Virus record (IMG/VR): IMGVR_UViG_2874968258_000005
Direction: 5' to 3' (one strand)
DNA from: a virus
Lineage: Duplodnaviria > Heunggongvirae > Uroviricota > Caudoviricetes
Length of the DNA: 34,153 nucleotides
Position numbers and translations under genes: made by a program. The notes beneath the pieces are model-generated. The model did no database searches, was not told where the DNA came from, and was given only the letters and a program-made list of their open reading frames with translations. Below, in pieces: positions 27,053 to 34,153 of the stretch; the first letter of the stretch is position 1, and each line of letters begins with the position of its first letter.

Positions 27053-27584
27053 GCTCGCTGATTTCCTGTGTTTCCGCCGGAACCGGTGAATAATCAAGAA
27101 TGAGATAGCGCAGGACGTGGTCGGTGATATTCCAGCCACTGGAGCCACAAATAAAACGACCCAGCCGGATATCGATATAAGCCATCACAAAACGGGGCAT
27201 TCCCTGTTTACACATCTCGTCATCCACTTCAGCAACGATGTAAACCGACTCGCAGGTCAGTACGCCTGTCGCAAATTCTTTTGCCAGTGCCGGAATGGCA
27301 TTGCCTTCCAGCCAGGGCAAAGAGCGGCGGAACGTGCACCATTGCGCACCATCAACATCGGGGTGCTCCGTTGAATTTCGCCCGGCAGGCGGCTCTGCCC
27401 GGGAGCGCGGAACGTCGTAAAAGCCGTTCAGTTCAGTCAGCACTCCGGCATCAACCGCATCACGCAGGAAATACACCATTGCAGAGACCGGCATCCTCAT
27501 TTTGTCCGCCAGAACACCACAGGTCAGACGTCCGTAAGCCCGTAATAATGTGCTGACACCGTTCAGAACTTTTGCATCAATCAC
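27045..27584 (-). CDS. Hypothetical early-region protein (179 aa)
   Basis: ORF packed tightly between neighbours on the operon strand. Confidence 0.5.
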   Translation of the reverse strand: MIDAKVLNGVSTLLRAYGRLTCGVLADKMRMPVSAMVYFLRDAVDAGVLTELNGFYDVPRSRAEPPAGRNSTEHPDVDGAQWCTFRRSLPWLEGNAIPALAKEFATGVLTCESVYIVAEVDDEMCKQGMPRFVMAYIDIRLGRFICGSSGWNITDHVLRYLILDYSPVPAETQEISEHD

Positions 27585-27587
27585 CGG

Positions 27588-28136
27588 TTATTCCTCCGTC
27601 AGTGCCACAAATTCAGAATGTTTAATGCGCTGGCATTCGGCAGGAACCGGTCCCTTAACCTCACCATCCAGCAGGCACACCTCAAACAAAATGCCGAATC
27701 CGTCACGGCTGTGGTGCATCGTCCAGACTGATTTGAGATCAAACATGTTGGGTACAACATCAACCCCGAGTTCATTACACAACCAGACCGGGAATGTGGG
27801 ATATTTCCGGAGTTGCTCTTCATGTTCCTGAATAAGCGTCGCATTGTTTCGGCCTTCCGGTGTTGTTATATCCGGTACAACGCCATAAAACTGAAATCCA
27901 CCAATAAACAGTCCGTCTGATTTACCACGCCATAATTCCGGCGCTAATTGATTCATCCAGATACATTCAACCCGTTCATACCCTCTGTTACTGACAAGGG
28001 AAACACCGTCTGCGCCAAACGCACGCTGCAATGAGCAGATGATTTTGTCACGCTTAACAGAAACATCTTTCAGCCAGCGAATCGTATAACCGTTAGCGGC
28101 TGCGTCACTCAGTTTAAAATAAGCATATGCTTTCAT
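27588..28136 (-). CDS. Hypothetical early-region protein (182 aa)
   Basis: Start at the ATG preceded by GAGGAA (MKAYAYFKLSD...). Directly downstream of gam. Confidence 0.5.
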   Translation of the reverse strand: MKAYAYFKLSDAAANGYTIRWLKDVSVKRDKIICSLQRAFGADGVSLVSNRGYERVECIWMNQLAPELWRGKSDGLFIGGFQFYGVVPDITTPEGRNNATLIQEHEEQLRKYPTFPVWLCNELGVDVVPNMFDLKSVWTMHHSRDGFGILFEVCLLDGEVKGPVPAECQRIKHSEFVALTEE

Positions 28137-28233
28137 ATTCATTTCCTCTGGTCCTGATTCAGGCGCGAGCAATCCCCTGACGCATCGCGCCATAATTAAA
28201 AGAAAGTGAATTAATTAAATATTCGTCGTGGTA

Positions 28234-28758
28234 TTAAATACCGGCATCCTGTTCAAACGGAATAATAGAAAAATCTTCAATGCCTGATTTAACTGTAATT
28301 CCGGCGACACCTGCGACTGCTTTCGGCTCCAGTAAAATCGCTTCCTTGTTGATTTCCTGTTTCGTGCGAATAAAGCGTTGAAGGCCAAGACGCTCCAGTG
28401 TTTCCATCACCGCATCCACACCGCGAATACTTACTGATGGTGGGCGCTGACGCCATGACACATCACCGGTTACCAGGTTTGCCGTCTTCACCTTGCCGCC
28501 GTTCGTCAGTTCGTCACGGTTCGCTTCACACCATCCCTGAACGCCTTTTGAAAGGGTTTCGATACTGGTTTTAAGCGGTGCAATCTGTGAGGCGTATTTC
28601 TCCGTAATCTCAGCGATAGCGTCATTCATTTCCGTTTCAAGTCGTGCTGCTTCGCGTTGCAGGTCCCCAATCCGGCGGATATCACATACCACGGCATCGC
28701 GGGATTGCGGAACATAAGCCGCTGCGGCGTTCCTGATTCGTTTTGCGGGTTTAGCCAT
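28234..28758 (-). CDS. gam: Host-nuclease inhibitor protein Gam (Mu Gam family, DNA-end binding)
   Basis: 174 aa, the same length as Mu Gam, with MAKPAKRIRNAAAAYVPQSRDAV...WCEANRDELTNGGKVKTANLVTGDVSWRQRPPSVSIRG... Confidence 0.85.
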   Translation of the reverse strand: MAKPAKRIRNAAAAYVPQSRDAVVCDIRRIGDLQREAARLETEMNDAIAEITEKYASQIAPLKTSIETLSKGVQGWCEANRDELTNGGKVKTANLVTGDVSWRQRPPSVSIRGVDAVMETLERLGLQRFIRTKQEINKEAILLEPKAVAGVAGITVKSGIEDFSIIPFEQDAGI

Positions 28759-28776
28759 AAATAAAGCTCCTGTTAA

Positions 28777-29064
28777 TTAATATTCACTGTATACAATGCC
28801 GGATACAGCACGATTGCTTAATTCCATCTTTTGGGCTATCACATGAATAGCCAGCCCTTCTTTATAAAGTTCACGGCATAAATATTTGTCGTGCTCACTG
28901 ACCTGGTATGCACACAACGATATTCCGTGCCTTCTGGCATGTGCCTGTAGGGCGGTTGGGGCAACTTTCAGTTTTTTCGCCATTTCCTCGACGGTCATTT
29001 TTCCGACACTGGCTTCGATAAATTCCCGGTCTTCGCGTGACCAGCGTTTACGATTACACGTCAT
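28777..29064 (-). CDS. Small DNA-binding protein with two helix-turn-helix-like segments
   Basis: ...RKRWSREDREFIEASVGKMTVEEMAKKLKVAPTALQAHARRHGI... AT-rich segment. Start taken at the internal ATG; the track ORF begins at 29076 (GTG). Confidence 0.5.
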   Translation of the reverse strand: MTCNRKRWSREDREFIEASVGKMTVEEMAKKLKVAPTALQAHARRHGISLCAYQVSEHDKYLCRELYKEGLAIHVIAQKMELSNRAVSGIVYSEY

Positions 29065-29076
29065 TCCGGTCACCAC

Positions 29077-29496
29077 TCAGTACAACAGAGGCTCGCGCAG
29101 TGATGCCGGAATATGCCGCAGCGATAACTGAACCGCTTTCAGGACAAGCGAGGAATAACAGCAGCGCGCCCAGCCTTTTGCCATTAACCGGTAATCGCGC
29201 CAGATACGCTGCCACATTTCACGGGCTTTCGGGTCTGACGCGCAGATGTATTCGCGGTCCATGACGTATTCCCATAAATCCACATTGAAGGCATTGCCAA
29301 ACGTAATGGCGCGGAATACCGCCTCTCCGCAATAACGCGCACAAATGCTGTAATGGTCAAATGCAATCAGGTAAGTCTTTTCGCCATACCCCTCAACTTC
29401 GCGCGCACAAATAAATTCGCGCAAGTCTCCACCATTGTTATTACGCTCTTTAATCCGAATTAATGCCCGGATTTCATTTCGGATTTTGACGTTCAT
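29077..29496 (-). CDS. Hypothetical early protein (139 aa)
   Basis: ATG with an AAAGGAA RBS. AT-rich segment between kil-like and gam. Confidence 0.45.
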   Translation of the reverse strand: MNVKIRNEIRALIRIKERNNNGGDLREFICAREVEGYGEKTYLIAFDHYSICARYCGEAVFRAITFGNAFNVDLWEYVMDREYICASDPKAREMWQRIWRDYRLMAKGWARCCYSSLVLKAVQLSLRHIPASLREPLLY

Positions 29497-29510
29497 TGTC
29501 AGCGTTCCTT

Positions 29511-29774
29511 TCAGTGGCATGTTTTTTCAACAGCCATTTCAGTGACACGGCCACCGGTGATGACACTATCGTTTTTCAAAATCTCGATAGCTTCATGGGC
29601 TGACTCATTAATTATTTTCTGGCTTTTATTAAGCACCAGTAACGCCACCATGCCAGCAAGTGTACCCTCATCACCGTCCAGTTCCGCACTACCGTCCACC
29701 GCAATGCTGGTGCGCAAATTCAGTCCTTTAATTCCAGATACTGTATTTTTAATTTCAATAATTACTTTTGCCAT
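29511..29774 (-). CDS. Hypothetical early protein (87 aa)
   Basis: ATG preceded by GAGGA (MAKVIIEIKN...). Confidence 0.45.
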   Translation of the reverse strand: MAKVIIEIKNTVSGIKGLNLRTSIAVDGSAELDGDEGTLAGMVALLVLNKSQKIINESAHEAIEILKNDSVITGGRVTEMAVEKTCH

Positions 29775-29806
29775 TTTGTTATTCCTCACAAATAAATAAG
29801 CCGTTA

Positions 29807-30034
29807 TTAACGCCAGATAATCTGGCAGCCATTAAGGCGGGCCGTCCATACTGAACGGGCAACCCCTGATTTATGCTCCATAATCCTGACAGCGTTTCTG
29901 ACCAGCTCCGGTGGTGGGCAGGTGATTTCAAGTACCGGACGCGCCACGCCGAGATATGATTCATTTACGTGACTCCCGTGCGCCTGTAACCAGTTCTGCG
30001 CATCCGTTGCCATTTTTATATTTCGTGACATCAT
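29807..30034 (-). CDS. Kil-like small protein (first gene after B)
   Basis: 75 aa in the position of Mu kil (74 aa). Assignment is by synteny and size only. Confidence 0.4.
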   Translation of the reverse strand: MMSRNIKMATDAQNWLQAHGSHVNESYLGVARPVLEITCPPPELVRNAVRIMEHKSGVARSVWTARLNGCQIIWR

Positions 30035-30049
30035 GGTTTATGTCCTTTA

Positions 30050-31000
30050 CTACCAGTTCAGTAACCTGGGGTTGCTGTAAGCCTCCTTAAAAGCCGCTTT
30101 AATGTGACTTTTATTCAGGGATGTGCCTGCACCTTTTGCCGCCAGCCACGCATGATTCAGTGTGTGAGTTAATACACGCAATCCCCCGGGCTTTTCGGCT
30201 ACCCTCATCAGCAGGTCCAGCTCATCTTCCTGTGTTACTCCCCATGCTTTGGCTACAGCCATCACATCGGTCTTTTTTACTTTGCGCAGTTGTTTTGTCA
30301 TGGCAAAACGGCTGAACAGACGGGCCAGTTCATCAGTCCCACGACGGGTGGCATCCGCCATCTGTTTCGGGTTGCCAATTAAAACCATCCCCACGCCAGT
30401 GGCATCCTGAATGGCGCGTAATTGCTCCAGACCATCCACACTTAAGTGATCAGCTTCATCAATAATCAGAAGGGGGTTAACACGGCCACTGGTTTCTTTA
30501 CCACCACCCAGTTTTCTGCGAATGGCGCGGGTTATATTCCCCTTATTTCTTCCCGGATTATTAATTTCCAGCGCATATGCTATTTCAAGGAGGCATTCCG
30601 TTACGCTCGAATGTGCCGGAGCAAGAGTCACCATCCAGGCATTAGCTGTCCTGCGACAATATTCCCGGGCAGCAAAGGTTTTTCCGACACCCGGTACGCC
30701 AACAACGACACTGATAATCCCGAGTGAGCGCACTGTTTTAAACAGCTCATGCAAATCACAAAATGTCTGGGTCTTCACAACACCAGGGGTACCTGACAAG
30801 TTCTGTCCCTTCTGCCAGACCTGATACCATTTCTGTAATTTGTCATGCATACCTTCGACATTACCGTTGTACTCTCCTTTACGCAGAGCCGAGAGTGTTG
30901 CCGGAGACATTCCGGCTTCATCAGCAATATCTTCCTGAGACTTGTCGCCCTCGTTAATCAAAGCGTTAATAGTGTTGAAAACATCATCAATATCAGTCAT
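30050..31000 (-). CDS. B: Transposition ATPase / target DNA activator B (MuB)
   Basis: 316 aa with Walker A GVPGVGKT and Walker B LLIIDEADHL. GAGGAA RBS. Directly downstream of A. Confidence 0.9.
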   Translation of the reverse strand: MTDIDDVFNTINALINEGDKSQEDIADEAGMSPATLSALRKGEYNGNVEGMHDKLQKWYQVWQKGQNLSGTPGVVKTQTFCDLHELFKTVRSLGIISVVVGVPGVGKTFAAREYCRRTANAWMVTLAPAHSSVTECLLEIAYALEINNPGRNKGNITRAIRRKLGGGKETSGRVNPLLIIDEADHLSVDGLEQLRAIQDATGVGMVLIGNPKQMADATRRGTDELARLFSRFAMTKQLRKVKKTDVMAVAKAWGVTQEDELDLLMRVAEKPGGLRVLTHTLNHAWLAAKGAGTSLNKSHIKAAFKEAYSNPRLLNW

Positions 31001-31044
31001 AGTATTTCCTCGGTTATTTCAAATCAGCTTTGTTTCCTTTATTT

Positions 31045-31073
31045 AACAGTCCGTTCCCGCGGACTGTTTTTTT
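31045..31073. promoter_or_regulatory. Hairpin in the A-B intergenic region
   Basis: AACAGTCCG-ttcccg-CGGACTGTT followed by T7 on the + strand. Confidence 0.35.
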
Positions 31074-31075
31074 AT

Positions 31076-33172
31076 TCAGGCCAGCGGATCATCTTCTTCC
31101 TGCATGGCAAAAAGTTTTTGCATCCCCAGCCGGAAATCGCGTTCAAATTCTTCGTCATGCTCTTCTTCATATTCCGGTTGCTGAACTGCCACCACATTAC
31201 CAACCGGGCGATAAACATTACTCAGCCAGGGTTCAGCCTGTTTGTGTTCCAGAATCTGAATACCTTCATCTTCAGCATCACGAATTTTTTCCTCAGCGCG
31301 TTTGCGCATTCCTTTAATACGCTGCTGTTGTTTGTGATATTCAGCACTGACAGCAAAGGCTGCGCGTTTATTGCCGTTCCATATCGCCTCACAGATAAAG
31401 CTGCCGTCCTTGCGACGTACCGTAATTCGCTCGGCGTCATGAATGTCATAACTGATAAGCACTTTGCGACCGTGTTCGTCACGCAACTCCGGCGCGTAGT
31501 AAATATTGTTCAGCCACTGAATTTCGCAGCGTCTTACCGGTCGTTCCACCATTGGGCGGAACATGTCGCGCAGCTCAAGATCACTCAGCCACTCAATTTC
31601 GGTGTCTTCTTCTGCCAGGCGTTTTTTTCTGAACTCTGTCGGGCTGTAATGCCGTCCGTTCGGTTTCATCGGCAGCTCAGAATGCGGGCGGTTGTTGTAC
31701 CATTCCACGCCTTCACGAATAGCCTCAATAAGCTCCGCCCACGATGGCAGCTCGCGCATTGCCGCTTTCTGGCGGTCGTTCAGAGGCTTGTCCTGTTGCA
31801 GGGCGTTAAACGCTGAACGCAGATCACGGTTAAGTACACGCAACGATTCCCGGTCAGCACCCTTGCCAAAATAGGTGCGATACCTCCTGGCTATACGCAT
31901 CGGCAGTGTCCGGTTCAGGCGTTCAATAATGCCGCGTCCCTGTGGATTACCGGCAATACCGGTAGGGTGTTTAATCCCCAGGCGTGGCAGAATACCCACG
32001 ACCTCTTTGTCCAGCATGTCAGCCGTTTCACCGGAACCGTTATCCGAGTAATACAGGAACGGTTTTCCGTGGTTGCGAATGCCGTGCTGTATCGCACCGG
32101 CAACGGCGAACACGTTTTCGGCAAGGTCAAGACTCCAGCCAACAACAAACCGTGTTCCACCATCGATCACAAACGTGACTTCCGGTGAGAATGGACGCCC
32201 GTGGATCGGATGCGCACATTTCAGCTTCATACCGTGACCGTCACCAATCCAGACATAATTCACCGGCATAGCTGTCCAGTCGCGGCGGGTGAATCCTTCA
32301 AGCTGACGGTATTCACTGCCGGTAACGCGCCCTTTTTGTCTCACCACTTCCGGCAGTTTTTTCATGGCATACCGGACAACATCATAGGAAGGCATCACCT
32401 CCAGCATGTACGGTTCGTCCGCATGGCGACGCTGCCATTCTGCGACAAAATCCTCGTAGGCTTCTGACATGGGTCTGCCGTTCACCTGCCGATACTGCGC
32501 CAGAAATTCAGGCAGCCAGCTGATTTCTTCCGGTTTTATTTCGTCGCGTTTTCCCGGTGCCAGTAACAGCAGCCGTTCGGCGGCGTTCTGCGACTGGTTG
32601 TATTTCAGAACCCACTGGTAAAGTGGATCGCGGCTGATAGTACGATTAGCGCCACGTTTTGCATTGGCGTTAACTGCGGCCTGTTGCAGGCGCTCCGGCA
32701 GCTCACCTTTACGGGCTTTTTCAACAAGAAAGTTAATGGCTTTCAGTCGCCCGAGGTTACCGGCGCTTTCCAGCTTCAGCACTTCCACCACCAGCGCAGC
32801 TCTTGCTTCAGATACCCGGCGCTGGTTTTCGGTCAGCGCATTCAGGCGTTCTTCCATCAGTTGTGGAGAACCGCGATATGCTTCGATTGCCTGGACAGCG
32901 TCAGGATTGCGTGTTTTTCTGGTAACAGCTTTCACTTCAGAAACATTGTTCTCTGTAGCCACCAGCTGTTCCACATAGCGTTCACGCAGTGCCTTTCGTG
33001 TTATTTCAGGCAGACAATCAATGTGGTACTCAATGGCTTTTGTGCCTTCCCGACGGCGACTAACGTCACCAAGATCACGAGAAAAACGCTGTAACGCCTG
33101 TCGGATGCCTTTTGTGGTGGCTGGCATTCCTGGTACGCCGAGCAGGTCATTTACGGTAACGTACGACTGCAT
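31076..33172 (-). CDS. A: DDE transposase A (MuA family)
   Basis: N-terminal winged-helix region (...GTKAIEY...) and DDE core (...WIGDGH..., ...YSDNGSG..., ...GNPQGRGIIERLNRTL...). ATG 1 nt after the ner stop (TGAtATG); the track ORF extends to 33241 from a GTG. Confidence 0.9.
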   Translation of the reverse strand: MQSYVTVNDLLGVPGMPATTKGIRQALQRFSRDLGDVSRRREGTKAIEYHIDCLPEITRKALRERYVEQLVATENNVSEVKAVTRKTRNPDAVQAIEAYRGSPQLMEERLNALTENQRRVSEARAALVVEVLKLESAGNLGRLKAINFLVEKARKGELPERLQQAAVNANAKRGANRTISRDPLYQWVLKYNQSQNAAERLLLLAPGKRDEIKPEEISWLPEFLAQYRQVNGRPMSEAYEDFVAEWQRRHADEPYMLEVMPSYDVVRYAMKKLPEVVRQKGRVTGSEYRQLEGFTRRDWTAMPVNYVWIGDGHGMKLKCAHPIHGRPFSPEVTFVIDGGTRFVVGWSLDLAENVFAVAGAIQHGIRNHGKPFLYYSDNGSGETADMLDKEVVGILPRLGIKHPTGIAGNPQGRGIIERLNRTLPMRIARRYRTYFGKGADRESLRVLNRDLRSAFNALQQDKPLNDRQKAAMRELPSWAELIEAIREGVEWYNNRPHSELPMKPNGRHYSPTEFRKKRLAEEDTEIEWLSDLELRDMFRPMVERPVRRCEIQWLNNIYYAPELRDEHGRKVLISYDIHDAERITVRRKDGSFICEAIWNGNKRAAFAVSAEYHKQQQRIKGMRKRAEEKIRDAEDEGIQILEHKQAEPWLSNVYRPVGNVVAVQQPEYEEEHDEEFERDFRLGMQKLFAMQEEDDPLA

Positions 33173-33173
33173 A

Positions 33174-33425
33174 TCACGACACCTTCCTGATAAATCCATC
33201 GTTACGATACCGGCTGGGCCAGATGATTTCTGGCGGTACACCTATAGCGTCAGAAATTACGCGTTCGTATTTTTTGTTTGGTGTGCGAACTACCGCTTTC
33301 AGTGAATCCTGAGCATAACCAGCATGGAGTGAAAGCTCCCGGAAGGAAGACCACCCGTTATCTTTGAGCGCCAGCTGAATCTTCAGCGAAGGCCAATCGC
33401 GGTCACTATCTTCTCTTTGTCTCAT
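33174..33425 (-). CDS. ner: Ner-like DNA-binding regulator (Ner/Nlp family)
   Basis: 83 aa with ...DW...IWPSRY... motifs. Divergent from the repressor and immediately upstream of A. Confidence 0.8.
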   Translation of the reverse strand: MRQREDSDRDWPSLKIQLALKDNGWSSFRELSLHAGYAQDSLKAVVRTPNKKYERVISDAIGVPPEIIWPSRYRNDGFIRKVS

Positions 33426-33589
33426 CTTTCCTTTAACCTACAAAATTACCCGCGCGGATATCCGGTCGGATATCCGTATGGATAAAGATTAAGATACCAA
33501 AGATTCCTTGTAAAGGGTTCTTTGGTGTTTTTATGGTTTATTTTTTAATTTCATTATTTATCAATGAATTAGATAGGAAGGAACCAAGA
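33426..33589. promoter_or_regulatory. Divergent operator/promoter region between repressor and ner (early promoter, operators, possible transposition enhancer)
   Basis: Tandem 10-bp perfect palindromes CGGATATCCG at about 33455-33464 and 33467-33476, plus a partial third copy. The remainder is AT-rich. Confidence 0.5.
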
Positions 33590-34153
33590 ATGAGAAAAGC
33601 ACCCCAAGGTTCTTTTCCTGCCGATGGAAAAGAACCGATTATCGAAAGAATCTTTAGGTTAGTAGAACGATACCCTTCAAGAAATGCGGCTGCTCGGGCA
33701 TGGGGGATCAATGAAGGCACTTTAAAAAATTATTACAACAGGCGGGATTACGCACCGATACCACGCCCGCATCAGTTAAAAAAGATAGCAGAAAGCGAAA
33801 ATGTTACCTTGGAATGGCTCATGACGGGAGAGGGTGATGTTGAACTAAAAGATTCCAAAGAACCCAAAAAAGAGAATGCGGATAATGTTGATGCTCAAAT
33901 TCTAATGTTCTTGTCATTTCTTAAACCACAAGAAAAACAACAAGTAGCTGATGTTCTTGGGAGAAAAGGAGCGGAGCAATTACTCATTCTTCTGGATGAG
34001 CACATCCAAGAGTTGCACGCTCTAGTTGGAGTTCGTAGAGCCATAGCGTTAAGCCTTGGTAATTTGCCAGACGAAAAGGTTAGAGAGATTTACGCGTTGT
34101 CCGAAGCTAAGGGCGATCACTTAAATCTACCTCAGAAAGCAGCCAGCGCATAA
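33590..34153 (+). CDS. Prophage repressor (c-equivalent), XRE-type helix-turn-helix
   Basis: Start at the ATG preceded by AGGAAGGAA (the track ORF begins at 33533). HTH ...NAAARAWGINEGTLKNYYNRR... and the ...VTLEWLMTGEG... motif typical of XRE/CI-type repressors. AT-rich. Divergent from ner. Confidence 0.65.
   Translation: MRKAPQGSFPADGKEPIIERIFRLVERYPSRNAAARAWGINEGTLKNYYNRRDYAPIPRPHQLKKIAESENVTLEWLMTGEGDVELKDSKEPKKENADNVDAQILMFLSFLKPQEKQQVADVLGRKGAEQLLILLDEHIQELHALVGVRRAIALSLGNLPDEKVREIYALSEAKGDHLNLPQKAASA

Larger units (their letters stand above)
1..34153 (-). mobile_element. Mu-like transposable prophage, nearly complete, inverted relative to the standard Mu map; ends (attL/attR) not in window
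   Basis: Mu-like gene order: repressor / ner-A-B / gam-gemA-mor / lysis / terminase-portal-F-I-capsid / sheath-tube-tape measure-baseplate / fibres / com-mom. Window starts at the mom stop codon and ends at the repressor stop codon. Confidence 0.85.

Noticed and set aside
30845-31816. 323-aa + strand ORF spanning B and A
   Set aside because: Crosses the A-B intergenic hairpin and is antisense to two well-supported genes; Phe/Leu-rich junk composition.
1-34153. CRISPR arrays, tRNA/rRNA genes, IS elements or integrase
   Set aside because: No regularly spaced repeat-spacer arrays, no cloverleaf-compatible intergenic segments, no IS-type transposase other than MuA, and no tyrosine or serine integrase ORF were seen by eye.

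Overview
The whole 34.1-kb window reads as one nearly complete Mu-like transposable prophage (Mu-type transposing phage), lying reversed relative to the conventional Mu map. All genes except the repressor are on the minus strand, and the prophage ends (attL/attR) fall outside the window. Calls rest on reading the translated ORF track against remembered Mu protein families; no database search was run. Hand-counted coordinates of small motifs may be off by 1 nt. Gene order from the right edge leftward: a divergent repressor (+ strand), ner, transposase A, ATPase B, a kil-like ORF, small early genes, gam, four unassigned early ORFs, gemA, mor, an intrinsic terminator, a lysis cluster with a GH108-type endolysin, terminase, portal, F, a 214-bp central intergenic region, protease/scaffold I, major capsid, connector genes, sheath, tube, chaperone, tape measure, baseplate genes, two tandem tail-fibre/assembly-chaperone pairs, then com and mom. 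The points most worth follow-up are: (1) no gin recombinase and no invertible G segment, replaced by two co-directional fibre/chaperone pairs; (2) low-GC early-region islands holding uncharacterised small genes, including an ambiguous locus with competing ORFs on both strands; (3) the central intergenic region, a candidate strong gyrase site carrying phased CTTCAAAA repeats and one copy of a hairpin-terminator element that recurs after mor; (4) an XRE-type repressor in an AT-rich immunity region with tandem CGGATATCCG palindromes; (5) only one Mor/C-family activator, with no separate C gene. No rRNA, tRNA, CRISPR array or IS element was seen. I did not find a self-evident defence system of a known class; the candidates above are flagged as places where something undescribed could sit.
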